Below are positions 1 to 8,820 of a stretch of DNA of 64,000 nucleotides, piece by piece. This DNA is from an uncultured virus (IMG/VR IMGVR_UViG_3300021197_001448) (taxonomy: Duplodnaviria > Heunggongvirae > Uroviricota > Caudoviricetes): the IMG/VR virus record IMGVR_UViG_3300021197_001448; one strand, written 5' to 3'. The notes under the pieces were generated by a model. That model saw nothing but the letters and a program-made list of their open reading frames with translations, was not told the origin of the DNA and did no database searches. The first letter of the stretch is position 1. Each line of letters begins with the position of its first letter. A program made the translations under genes and the position numbers.

Positions 1-218
1 CCACCCTTTCATAACCCACTTAAGCCTCCAGATGACCCACTTGGCATAATTCCTCCCTTTCCAAATCCCATTCCTACCACCTTTTTGGCGAATTTTTTGC
101 CGTGTAGCATATGGCATCTCCGCCCGCCCAAAAAAAAAAAAAAAACACCTCCAAATGTACCCCTCAGAGGCAAAAAACGAGGTGCTGCGGGGCTGGCTGG
201 CGCATCGCTGAGGCTTCA

Positions 219-579
219 CACTCAGCCCCATCCAGGCTCTACGTGGTGCGTTTGTGATGATAATGGGCGAGTCGCAGACTCGCCCTGCCCCACTCAGTTC
301 AGACGGCGTTGAGATCGAAGTGGTGTGGCGATGTGTTCACACCCAGTCCTTTTGTGGCGATAGGCTCAGTCCGACACCCAGTTTGTACCGATACGAGGCT
401 CAGTAGCACGTATTCTGTGGCGATATGGCTACATTTCGCCCTCCACTCAGTCCAATGCCTAAACTCAGCATCACAAGCAAGTCAAAACGGCCTGTTTTTG
501 TGGTGTTTTGGCATCGACACCAAGCGCGTTTTTGCCTACACCCAGTCCCGATCTTCTCTACACCCAGTCCGACACCCAA
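219..579 (+). repeat. Iterated CAC(C/T)CAG(TCC) motif array in the non-coding left end
   Basis: Exact CACYCAG at 219, 291, 340, 375, 444, 539, 561; degenerate copies at 363, 397, 462, 573; CAGTCCGACACCCA at 367 and 565; TGTGGCGAT at 324, 353, 416. Confidence 0.85.
265..285. other. Perfect DNA hairpin, 9-bp stem with GCA triloop
   Basis: GGGCGAGTC-GCA-GACTCGCCC. Confidence 0.85.
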
Positions 580-738
580 TTTCACACTACTGCAAGCCTA
601 TTGGGACAGTTATCTGCACATTTCTGTCTGATATTCAGCCGATCAACAACACACACCGACTCTGACGGCAGGTGCTTCGCAGGTTGTTTGTTTTGGTACT
701 GCTGATACCAGGAAAAGAGGGCATCTGAGAACTCCACA

Positions 739-980
739 TTAGACACGATAGACACTTTCGACATGGTGCTAAATGAAAGGACAAATAATACACGACAACA
801 ACAACATATTTTCTCTCTCTACCTCTTTCCCTATTCCCCCATAGAAGCCCTGTTCTATGTCCTCTTTCCCTATGGAACGTGTCTAAAGTGTCGAAGGTGT
901 CTAACGATGATCGGATGTCCTTCTCAGCACCTCGTTTTGAATTGTAGACATAGTGGGTGAAATAATGTCTTTAGTGTCCT
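739..980. repeat. Inverted arrays of 9-bp-phased TAGACAC/GTGTCTA-type units flanking an AT/pyrimidine-rich core
   Basis: TAGACAC 740, TAGACAC 749, TCGACAT 758; opposite orientation GTGTCTA 879, GTGTCGA 888, GTGTCTA 897; further units at 945, 965, 974. Confidence 0.8.
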
Positions 981-982
981 CG

Positions 983-1007
983 TCAAAGTAGTGTTCATAT
1001 ACTCTGC
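983..1007 (+). promoter_or_regulatory. Putative early promoter (TATA-like TTCATATAC)
   Basis: 22/25 identical to 12011-12035; directly upstream of the first gene of the + arm. Confidence 0.6.
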
Positions 1008-1039
1008 ACCGTTAGGATGGGGGAAGGGGGGCAGACAGT

Positions 1040-1846
1040 ATGACCCCCAATAACCAAAAAACGGAGATGAAAAACATGGAAAATAACGATAGAAAAACGC
1101 TTGAAGAGAACGGATGGAAGATGCCTGATGAACGATTATCCAGCAGGGAGGTGTATGATCATTTGAGATATATGAGGCCACACCTTCCAATAGAATACGT
1201 TGGAAGTTTCAGTAACGACCCTGCAATGAGAGGGATGCCTCAGATTATTCTGAACGGCGTTCAGTTCCTAACACCTCGTCATGCAATGATGTTGTCTGAT
1301 ACTCCCTTCGATGCTCATAGTGAATCACGATACCCTGAGTATGGATTCACCCGATCTTCTCTTGCTTCACATCTTGAGAACTCAGCACTTTCCAAGCCCC
1401 TCAGCACTTGGGGTCCTGCTGTTCGAGTCGATGAATGTGGAAGGACTGAGAATGTACGATGCAAGGAATGCGGAGCGCATCATTGGGATTACCATGACTA
1501 CTGCGTTGTCTGTGGAAGTGGAATAAACGATGAATCGTTCTACGGTTGGTCTGAGGATGTTTGTGATTCAGTTCCAAGAGTTCAACAGAGTCCAAGCGGT
1601 CTTTGGAACGTTCCCTACATTCATCCCAGTCAAACAGAGGCTGATGAAATCATTTACGATGAGTGGTCTGATGAGATGGCTTATCTTGGAGTAATCACTT
1701 TGAAGATCGGTGGAATACCGAATGGAGTCGTCACTAAGCATCACTATGCAGACTCTCAACAAACCATTGAGAACGCAGTTCTTCGTTATCTCTCTAAGGG
1801 TTATTCTGTCCTCTCTTTCAAGGTCATTCCACAAGAGGTGGTCTGA
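1040..1846 (+). CDS. Hypothetical protein with CxxC..CxxC zinc ribbon
   Basis: 268-aa ORF with CKECG and CVVCG; alternative start at 1076 behind GGAGATGA. Confidence 0.75.
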   Translation: MTPNNQKTEMKNMENNDRKTLEENGWKMPDERLSSREVYDHLRYMRPHLPIEYVGSFSNDPAMRGMPQIILNGVQFLTPRHAMMLSDTPFDAHSESRYPEYGFTRSSLASHLENSALSKPLSTWGPAVRVDECGRTENVRCKECGAHHWDYHDYCVVCGSGINDESFYGWSEDVCDSVPRVQQSPSGLWNVPYIHPSQTEADEIIYDEWSDEMAYLGVITLKIGGIPNGVVTKHHYADSQQTIENAVLRYLSKGYSVLSFKVIPQEVV

Positions 1847-1862
1847 ATGAGTACCAAAATGC
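1835..1862 (+). repeat. Gene-junction direct repeat A, copy 1
   Basis: GAGGTGGTCTGAATGAGTACCAAAATGC, identical to 2664-2691. Confidence 0.95.
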
Positions 1863-1981
1863 GAGAATGCGTTTATTGTCAAGCCCACCGACTAAAGGCC
1901 GACCTTCACTTTGGGGGCGTTTGTAAAATATGCGTTCAAAAAATGAGTCATCAAGAATTTTCAAGGTTGGTGGAATTATGA
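1847..1981 (+). CDS. 44-aa zinc-finger microprotein (not in ORF track)
   Basis: MSTKMRECVYCQAHRLKADLHFGGVCKICVQKMSHQEFSRLVEL; SD GAGGTGG; abuts the upstream stop and overlaps the next start (ATGA). Confidence 0.75.
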   Translation: MSTKMRECVYCQAHRLKADLHFGGVCKICVQKMSHQEFSRLVEL

Positions 1982-2301
1982 GTAATACCGAATACAGAGG
2001 CTTCACGCTGGATATTGATGATGATGTGCAAGGACAACCCTCTGAGGCTGAATACAACACTTACAGCCCTCAGAATGACCATATTGGGACTATCATTCGT
2101 ACCTTCAAGACAAACTCTGCAACGACATGGGGCGTAGAACGCCGTCAAGGGACTTCACGTTGGTACTTTGAATGGTTTACTGAGGATGGACTTGAGACAG
2201 AAGATAAGCAAGAATTTGATGCTTCTAAATTCAAGACCTACCGATCTGCATTCAAGCACATGGTCAATGTTCACATTGCTATGAAGGAGGTGTCCCAATG
2301 A
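1978..2301 (+). CDS. Hypothetical protein
   Basis: Start MSNTEY overlaps the previous stop; translationally coupled at both ends. Confidence 0.75.
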   Translation: MSNTEYRGFTLDIDDDVQGQPSEAEYNTYSPQNDHIGTIIRTFKTNSATTWGVERRQGTSRWYFEWFTEDGLETEDKQEFDASKFKTYRSAFKHMVNVHIAMKEVSQ

Positions 2302-2675
2302 GTCCAGAACCACGTCTAATCTCTGAGGTCATCAACCGTCAAACAGGGACGCTCATTCAAGTGGACTTTGGCATCAATGAAGCCGACCACTATCAAGCGA
2401 CCTGCTATGGAAAGCATGATGCTCAAGGAAAACTCATTGGCCGATCTCATGGATTCTGTGTCAATGCTGATACTCTCAAGTCCATTCAACGCATCGCTAC
2501 TGATCCTATGGGTTGGTGTGAGGAATGCCAAAGGACTCATGCTATCAAGACAGGTGAATACACCAAAGAACAGTTCGCTGAGGATTACATGGAACACGGC
2601 ACTACTGAGTTTGAGATTGATATTGCCTTCCAGTTCTTCACAATGGGCATCGCCTTCGGCAAGGAGGTGGTCTGA
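2298..2675 (+). CDS. Hypothetical protein (possible Zn site, HGFC..CEEC)
   Basis: SD GGAGGTG, ATGA overlap. Confidence 0.75.
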   Translation: MSPEPRLISEVINRQTGTLIQVDFGINEADHYQATCYGKHDAQGKLIGRSHGFCVNADTLKSIQRIATDPMGWCEECQRTHAIKTGEYTKEQFAEDYMEHGTTEFEIDIAFQFFTMGIAFGKEVV

Positions 2676-2691
2676 ATGAGTACCAAAATGC
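2664..2691 (+). repeat. Gene-junction direct repeat A, copy 2
   Basis: Identical to 1835-1862. Confidence 0.95.
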
Positions 2692-5600
2692 AAGTTCTGT
2701 TTAATGCAATGCCTCATGTTGATCGTAACGGTAATTCCTGGTCTGATGAACAACAGGCTGTTCTTGATGACTTTGCTGATGCTATCTATGAACATCAGAA
2801 CGGTGGCGACCCGATCTCTATCGCAGTTCAAGCCGTTGCAGGTTCTGGAAAGACATCGTTGTTGCAGGGCATGACTCACATCGTTGCTAAGTTAGCACCT
2901 AACCTCCTTACAGCCATGACAGCATTCAATCGCCACATCGCTTTGGGAAGCAAGGACATATTGATTGAGTTCAAATCTACTGATGGACTGAACATCAAGA
3001 TCTTTGGTGGACGAAACACAGTCAATGCTGGAGGACATTCAATGCTCATGAATAGGTCTAAGGGGGAAGGATTCGATAGAGTTGTCCTCAAGTCCTATGG
3101 TGATGACAGATACGCCAGAATCGCTCGTTTGACGCTTGCAGGATGGTTGGGAAGGGATGTCATGTCCTTTGAGGAAGGAACTGGTTCTATTGATGATAGA
3201 AAGTTGCTTCTCGAAGTCGCCAAGTCTGCAATGGAAGTTAGAACCACCAGTCATGCATTCAATGACATGATTGGTGATTTAGTCAAGGCTTGTCAAATTG
3301 TGATGGATGAGGGTTTCATTCCTTCATCGACAGTTCGTCAAGAGGGAGTTCAATTCGGCTCATCTAAGGATGGTGTGCCATACATCCCTCCATCAGTCCA
3401 TGCAGATGATGTCAAAGAGGTTGCCAGTATCATCGAAAGAGTTGGTGCTAACCAAAACTGGAACGATAATACTGCTCGTAATTTAGGCGATATGAACGTC
3501 TGTTACCTCGTTGTTGAGATTCTATCTGTTGCCATCGAAACTGCGTTTGAGAAGATCGAACTTAGGCCGTACTGTGGCAAAGGAAAGTCCTTCATGAATG
3601 CTGTCGTTCCAAATAAGAATCAACGTGGATGGTGGGAAGAAGCAAAGCCCATGACACAACTCATCAGAACCACCGACCCTGCAATGATTAAGTCGGCTCA
3701 GTTCGCTATCCTTGAGACTGGTGGATGTCGCTTCCCTCCAGCAAGCAAAGGCAGTAAAAGCGGTGTAAAAGCCAAGTCCTTTGCTACTGATAAGAAGGCT
3801 ATTGTTCGAGAATATGATGGTGAAACAATCATGTCTTTTGAGAACAAAGGTCACTTGAAGAAGATCGGTGGAAAGGCTATTGGTTCACAGTTTGGAAAGA
3901 ATGGTAATCACAAAGTCGATGGCGAGTTTATCTCATCATGGCGTACATTCAAGAATGGCGTTTCAGTCATCAAACCTAACTGTGTTGAGAAGGTCATTTC
4001 ATTCCTTTCATCCACCTTTGGTGATGAGTTTGAGAACCAACTTGATGATGACTCTGATGTTGAAGTGGTGACTGTTTCTGGTGGCAGAGGTGAACTGGTT
4101 TTGAGCATGAAAGATCAAATCTACTTGCCCCATGCACTTGACCTCAAAATACCCGATCATGAGAAGGCTGATGTTATCATGATCGATGAGGTGCAAGACC
4201 TCAGCACACTCAAAGCACAACTGGTTTGGCGATTGGTGAAAGAGGATGCACACAAGATTATTGTTGGCGATTTGAGACAGGCCATCTACCTATTCGCTGG
4301 AGCCTCAAGTAAAGCGTTTGAGGACAATGCTGAGTCTATCGGTGCTACATTCTATCCACAGACTATCTGTTGGCGTGGAACTGCAATGGTCGCTGCCTCA
4401 GCCCGTTATGCCTGTGAACAATTCAGTAATGAAGTTCGCAAGGCGTACAAACCGTTCTTGAATGGTGAAGAGTTAGACCTTCCAGATTATCAAGCACATC
4501 GATCTCCTTTGGAAGCAGGTTACGATTGGCCTGTTGGTGCTTTGCCAGTTCAAGTCAAGACGGAAGAGGTTGTAGAAGCCTATCGAAAGTCGATTGAACT
4601 GCATGGTGAAGATACCACCTTTGGGATGCTTTGCCGAATCAAGAAGCCTCTCGCTGGATTCATCAAGGCATTCCTCAAGAATGGAATACCTGTATCGACT
4701 CCATCTGATGAGGATGGCGGATTGGTCAAGGAAGCGTTTTCTTTGGCTAAGAAGAACCGTTCTGATGCTTTGGATGATAAGTCCAAGCAAGGTGCAGCCA
4801 AGTCCGTATTGGGTCTTGGATGGCACAAGATTACCACCTCTCGAATCTCATCGCTTAAGCGAGATATTGAGGGCATGGTGAATGTTGCTATCGGCAAGTA
4901 TTCTGATATGTTCAAGGGAGATCGTAAGAGCATGGCACAGGACACTGCGTTCCAAGAAGTCATGGGTAATCTTGAACTCCTTACTGCATTCGTTGAATTG
5001 TATGCTAAAGAGAACGGCAACGATGTATCTGCAACTGGCAAGGAAAGCGTTGTATCAGTTATTGAGAACTGGGTTGAAAACAGCCTGTTCTCAGAACGTG
5101 GTGGCAACGCAGTTCACATCGCTACAATCCATCGCTACAAAGGCGATGAGGCTAACGTCATGTTTGTTGTCAATTCATACATGGATAAAGTCGATTTCGA
5201 TGATGAAGAAGGAGGCAACGCATCGAAGCCATGTTTCATGAGCGAAAGATCGGTTCAAGCATCTGTTGAATCTGCTATCAATGAAGTAAACATGGCATAT
5301 GTTGCATTCACCAGAGCGCAAAAGCAGAACATCATTGTCAATGCAAGCGTTCCTTTCGATAATGACGTTGGAACACGTCTAACTGGGGCGTTTGAGCGTG
5401 ATGAGGATAAGATGTGGGGTCAAGGCGATTCTCAGCCACAGGACACCTCTGAGGATGCCTTAGACACACACATGAACATATCTGAATCAACCATTTGTCC
5501 TGATTGTGGCGTTAGCCTTCTCAAAGAAGAAGGGGGCTTTCCTCTGCATTCAGGTCACTGTGGATTGACTGATGAAGAGAAGCGTCGAATTACTGCAAAG

Positions 5601-6647
5601 GTCAATACACCCGATCATTCTGATGATGTCGATGATGACATTGACCGTTGCGTTGAATGTTCAACTATCATCACAGAAGATGAAGAACATGGCGTGTGCT
5701 GTGAATGTGGAGGCAAGTTGTGCAGAGATCGACTACCAACCCATTCTAAATCTGGAAAGTTCAAGAAGCACATGGGCGGCACTATCAATCAGTATCGTTC
5801 CTGCGGTTCTACACTTGCCAACATCACACTTGATGAGATGATGAACAGTAGTAATGAAGAACTCGAAAGCAAGCGAATCTGCAAGCATTGTGAAGGTGAG
5901 TCTGAGACTCAAATCCAGGCTGAGGATGAAGATTGTGAGGACCAGGAATGCGTTCTGATTGAGTGGAGTGACGGATCAACACAGCGTATTTCGATGGAGG
6001 ATTTCGATCAACTTGAAACAAAGAATCCAAACTTCGATTTCATCAAGAAGGCATCTCATCTGAGCGAGGATGAAGTTCAAGGAGTTTACTTTGAACGGAC
6101 AAAGTGTGAACAGCCTAAAGATCGAGAATCTGTGAACAGGAATGATGGCAAAAGCGTTGAACATTTGAAAGACCAGTTCAAGATCAAATCCTTGCCCAAT
6201 AACAACGGTTCTTTTGCTGTTGAGAAGCAAGAAGTCCATGAGTTCATCCTCCAGTTCAATGGCGAGGATGTCATGCATTGTAGGCACTTTAGAGGCCAAT
6301 TTAGGGAATTCATGGAATTTGATGCAGACATCTTTGTGGAACGTAACCTTCACTTTGGAACTGGCATGGATGATCGAACTATGGGCGACTTTGGCATGAC
6401 GACCTCGCAAAACGGTGTAGGTAACTCATGCCCTCGAATGGCAAAGGTTCGCATGGATGGAGGAAACGCATGGGAGAGGAAGATGGGATTCATACTTGAC
6501 AACCACTATCTTACGGTTCCACGATTACATCAAGTAGCCATCCACGTTTTCTGTCAATTCGTCAGAGTTGGGCATGGGTTTGAAAATGACCGTTATGTGG
6601 CAATTGATGGAATGGCAACAGACTACCTCTTAGGAGGAAATGCTTGA
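2676..6647 (+). CDS. Superfamily 1 (UvrD/Rep-like) DNA helicase with a long Cys-rich C-terminal extension
   Basis: Motifs AVAGSGKTS, AFNRHIA, IDEVQD, VGDLRQAIYLFAGA, TICWR, TIHRYKGDE, YVAFTRA. Confidence 0.9.
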   Translation: MSTKMQVLFNAMPHVDRNGNSWSDEQQAVLDDFADAIYEHQNGGDPISIAVQAVAGSGKTSLLQGMTHIVAKLAPNLLTAMTAFNRHIALGSKDILIEFKSTDGLNIKIFGGRNTVNAGGHSMLMNRSKGEGFDRVVLKSYGDDRYARIARLTLAGWLGRDVMSFEEGTGSIDDRKLLLEVAKSAMEVRTTSHAFNDMIGDLVKACQIVMDEGFIPSSTVRQEGVQFGSSKDGVPYIPPSVHADDVKEVASIIERVGANQNWNDNTARNLGDMNVCYLVVEILSVAIETAFEKIELRPYCGKGKSFMNAVVPNKNQRGWWEEAKPMTQLIRTTDPAMIKSAQFAILETGGCRFPPASKGSKSGVKAKSFATDKKAIVREYDGETIMSFENKGHLKKIGGKAIGSQFGKNGNHKVDGEFISSWRTFKNGVSVIKPNCVEKVISFLSSTFGDEFENQLDDDSDVEVVTVSGGRGELVLSMKDQIYLPHALDLKIPDHEKADVIMIDEVQDLSTLKAQLVWRLVKEDAHKIIVGDLRQAIYLFAGASSKAFEDNAESIGATFYPQTICWRGTAMVAASARYACEQFSNEVRKAYKPFLNGEELDLPDYQAHRSPLEAGYDWPVGALPVQVKTEEVVEAYRKSIELHGEDTTFGMLCRIKKPLAGFIKAFLKNGIPVSTPSDEDGGLVKEAFSLAKKNRSDALDDKSKQGAAKSVLGLGWHKITTSRISSLKRDIEGMVNVAIGKYSDMFKGDRKSMAQDTAFQEVMGNLELLTAFVELYAKENGNDVSATGKESVVSVIENWVENSLFSERGGNAVHIATIHRYKGDEANVMFVVNSYMDKVDFDDEEGGNASKPCFMSERSVQASVESAINEVNMAYVAFTRAQKQNIIVNASVPFDNDVGTRLTGAFERDEDKMWGQGDSQPQDTSEDALDTHMNISESTICPDCGVSLLKEEGGFPLHSGHCGLTDEEKRRITAKVNTPDHSDDVDDDIDRCVECSTIITEDEEHGVCCECGGKLCRDRLPTHSKSGKFKKHMGGTINQYRSCGSTLANITLDEMMNSSNEELESKRICKHCEGESETQIQAEDEDCEDQECVLIEWSDGSTQRISMEDFDQLETKNPNFDFIKKASHLSEDEVQGVYFERTKCEQPKDRESVNRNDGKSVEHLKDQFKIKSLPNNNGSFAVEKQEVHEFILQFNGEDVMHCRHFRGQFREFMEFDADIFVERNLHFGTGMDDRTMGDFGMTTSQNGVGNSCPRMAKVRMDGGNAWERKMGFILDNHYLTVPRLHQVAIHVFCQFVRVGHGFENDRYVAIDGMATDYLLGGNA

Positions 6648-6657
6648 TATACCCTAC
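6644..6657 (+). promoter_or_regulatory. Putative promoter TTGATATACCCTAC
   Basis: Matches the TTSATATACYCTRC core at 994 and 12022; lies at a gene boundary. Confidence 0.5.
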
Positions 6658-6690
6658 ATGGGGTGGATTGACACAACAGGAGAAGTTATT

Positions 6691-6771
6691 ATGACAGGAA
6701 AAACATATGAAAACAAAAACAGAGAAGCAGACGAGATGGACGACATGGCAGGATTTGAGCCAACTGAGTGA
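6691..6771 (+). CDS. 26-aa acidic microprotein (possible)
   Basis: MTGKTYENKNREADEMDDMAGFEPTE, preceded by AGGAG; fills the space before the next SD. Confidence 0.35.
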   Translation: MTGKTYENKNREADEMDDMAGFEPTE

Positions 6772-6781
6772 GGTGATTGAA

Positions 6782-7102
6782 ATGACAAATTTAGATGTAA
6801 AAAAGAACAACACAAATAAAAAGTTTACAGCAAGACAAATGATCGACAGACTACATGAAATAGATAGACACTTGTATGAAAAAGTGCTTGATGCTATATC
6901 TGATTCCTATGTAGGGATGAGTGGCTGCTGGAAAGATGATGAAGATGGCAACATGATTCTGCTAACTGAGACGAGGACTGTCGTTTGTGCAGATTGTGGC
7001 GAGACTTGTCCCGAATTCCTTGAAAGCGAAGCGACACGAATGCCCGATCATGATGGCATTTGGGCTGATTGTTCTGAATGTGGCGTTACAGGAGTTGAAT
7101 GA
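6782..7102 (+). CDS. Hypothetical zinc-ribbon protein
   Basis: SD GAGGTGA; CADCG and CSECG. Confidence 0.7.
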   Translation: MTNLDVKKNNTNKKFTARQMIDRLHEIDRHLYEKVLDAISDSYVGMSGCWKDDEDGNMILLTETRTVVCADCGETCPEFLESEATRMPDHDGIWADCSECGVTGVE

Positions 7103-7103
7103 T

Positions 7104-8078
7104 ATGTATGCCTTTTTGAAAACTCAAGTCGTTAAGGACGATAGAAAATACAATTATCTCAAGGATGGGAAGAATTACAGGGTGTTTTTGACATTGCCAA
7201 ACACAACTGATAATGTCCCTCATGAAGTTCGTTATGGTGGTCAAGAACCGATCTTCATCGGCACATTCGAGAAGGACACGTATGAAACGGAATTCGGCTA
7301 TCGTCTTAGTTTCAAAGATACATGGGTCTTTCACCCTCGCTATGAGGAAGAGAACATTGACGTTGTGTTTACTGATTACAACTCCATGTATGGCCTCGTA
7401 AAGCATCGCAAGGCAACTGGTGATATTACCTACACTCTCAAGAAATGGACTACAATCGCCAAAAAAGCGTTCCGTGTTTTTGTTGAATCGTTTGATGATT
7501 CGTTTGCTGAATCTATTAGAGATCGGGAAGAACCAGTCGTGAATCCCATCACAAAGGAATATTGCGTTCCTTACGACACATCTTACAACAAACCAGGAAA
7601 GACGACCTACATTCGCATCACCAACGATGTGAACATAATTCAGAATATATACGGTCAAAGAACCGCAGAACGCGTTGCAGGAAAGGTGTTTATGGTCGAT
7701 CAATGGTGTGTGAATAGTACGACGCTACATCATCGTCCTCAAAATGATGTCAATGCAGTTGTGACACGTGAGGAATTGAACCGTGTTATTAGTGATTACA
7801 CGTTCAGTGCAGGGGTTTCCTTCTATCCACGTATGTTTGAAGTTGTTAAGCCTAAACATGATGATCCTAAGCCTGAACATGATGAGATGTGGCACTCAAT
7901 CGGCTACACCATTTCGTTTGATTCTTTCGAGTTCAACCCCAATGCTGAGAGCAATGAGGACTTCTATGACATGGATTGCCTTGAATTGCTTCAAGACGGC
8001 TTGATGAAGGCTCTCCTTGACCTTCAGCGACGTATCAGCAAGCAAGCAATGGATGATGTGAAGGAGGCGAGCGAATGA
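7104..8078 (+). CDS. Hypothetical protein
   Basis: Long ORF; start MYAFLK follows the previous stop. Confidence 0.75.
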   Translation: MYAFLKTQVVKDDRKYNYLKDGKNYRVFLTLPNTTDNVPHEVRYGGQEPIFIGTFEKDTYETEFGYRLSFKDTWVFHPRYEEENIDVVFTDYNSMYGLVKHRKATGDITYTLKKWTTIAKKAFRVFVESFDDSFAESIRDREEPVVNPITKEYCVPYDTSYNKPGKTTYIRITNDVNIIQNIYGQRTAERVAGKVFMVDQWCVNSTTLHHRPQNDVNAVVTREELNRVISDYTFSAGVSFYPRMFEVVKPKHDDPKPEHDEMWHSIGYTISFDSFEFNPNAESNEDFYDMDCLELLQDGLMKALLDLQRRISKQAMDDVKEASE

Positions 8079-8101
8079 GCCTATCTCCAGATTACGAAAC
8101 T
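8062..8101 (+). repeat. Gene-junction direct repeat B, copy 1
   Basis: 39/40 identical to 8241-8280. Confidence 0.95.
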
Positions 8102-8257
8102 TTGGTTACATTATTTCCTTTGGTTCATCAACCATCAGGTGAAATCATTCCAAACATAGAGGATTTCCTATCTACATTTAATCGAACTATGATTAACGAT
8201 TTGACTGATGCGATTGCCAAAAGAGTTGAGACTCTGCGACAGGAGGCGAGCGAATGA
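8075..8257 (+). CDS. Small hypothetical protein
   Basis: SD AGGAGG, ATGA coupling; bounded by repeat B. Confidence 0.7.
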   Translation: MSLSPDYETLVTLFPLVHQPSGEIIPNIEDFLSTFNRTMINDLTDAIAKRVETLRQEASE

Positions 8258-8280
8258 GCCGATCTCCAGATTACGAAACT
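8241..8280 (+). repeat. Gene-junction direct repeat B, copy 2
   Basis: AGGAGGCGAGCGAATGAGCCGATCTCCAGATTACGAAACT. Confidence 0.95.
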
Positions 8281-8820
8281 CCAGTTGAAGAGATGTCTAT
8301 TGATGATCTTACTGAGAACGCTTTAACGATTTACAAAAGCATTGTATTCGAGATGTCTCATGATGAATTGGAAGAAGAAAACATCCGATTTGGTGTAGCA
8401 CATACTCCACATCCAACCCTCGCTGAAACACGGCAACAGATTGTCGATGGAGGCGATGCAGTAGAACTGGCTGAGTACGATTGGTCAATCATGGAAACGT
8501 GCGAGGAATGCAACTCTAACATCATTCCAAAGGAGATTGATGAAGTGTCAATCGTTCCAGAAAACGGTTTTTGTCTTTGTCCTAATCCAGAGAATCTGGT
8601 GTATATCCTCATTACTGAGAATGGCGGGATTCCCGAGATTACCATGATTAGTAAGGATGAGGAAAAGGTCAAGCAACTGTGGCATAAATTTGTGATGGAT
8701 GAAAGCGGCGGTGATCGAGAATGTGATATGACTGAGATGATGGCAAGCACATCCTATGATCGTGGTTATTTCATGTGGCATAAGACCGAATACCGCATTA
8801 CTGTCGAAGAGGTGGTCTGA
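8254..8820 (+). CDS. Acidic hypothetical protein with Zn-binding Cys
   Basis: CEEC and CLC; SD and translational coupling. Confidence 0.75.
   Translation: MSRSPDYETPVEEMSIDDLTENALTIYKSIVFEMSHDELEEENIRFGVAHTPHPTLAETRQQIVDGGDAVELAEYDWSIMETCEECNSNIIPKEIDEVSIVPENGFCLCPNPENLVYILITENGGIPEITMISKDEEKVKQLWHKFVMDESGGDRECDMTEMMASTSYDRGYFMWHKTEYRITVEEVV

Noticed and set aside
130..145. A16 homopolymer as a phase-variation tract
   Set aside because: It is non-coding and near the window edge, its length is unreliable and no credible ORF spans it.
219..579. CRISPR or mini-CRISPR array
   Set aside because: Repeat units are only 7-14 nt, degenerate and irregularly spaced; there is no repeat-spacer periodicity.
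85..960. Short ORFs in the left end
   Set aside because: No SD, atypical composition, and they overlap the repeat arrays.
3000..4150. Intein in the helicase insertion
   Set aside because: No Cys/Ser start paired with a His-Asn-[CST] end and no endonuclease motifs seen.
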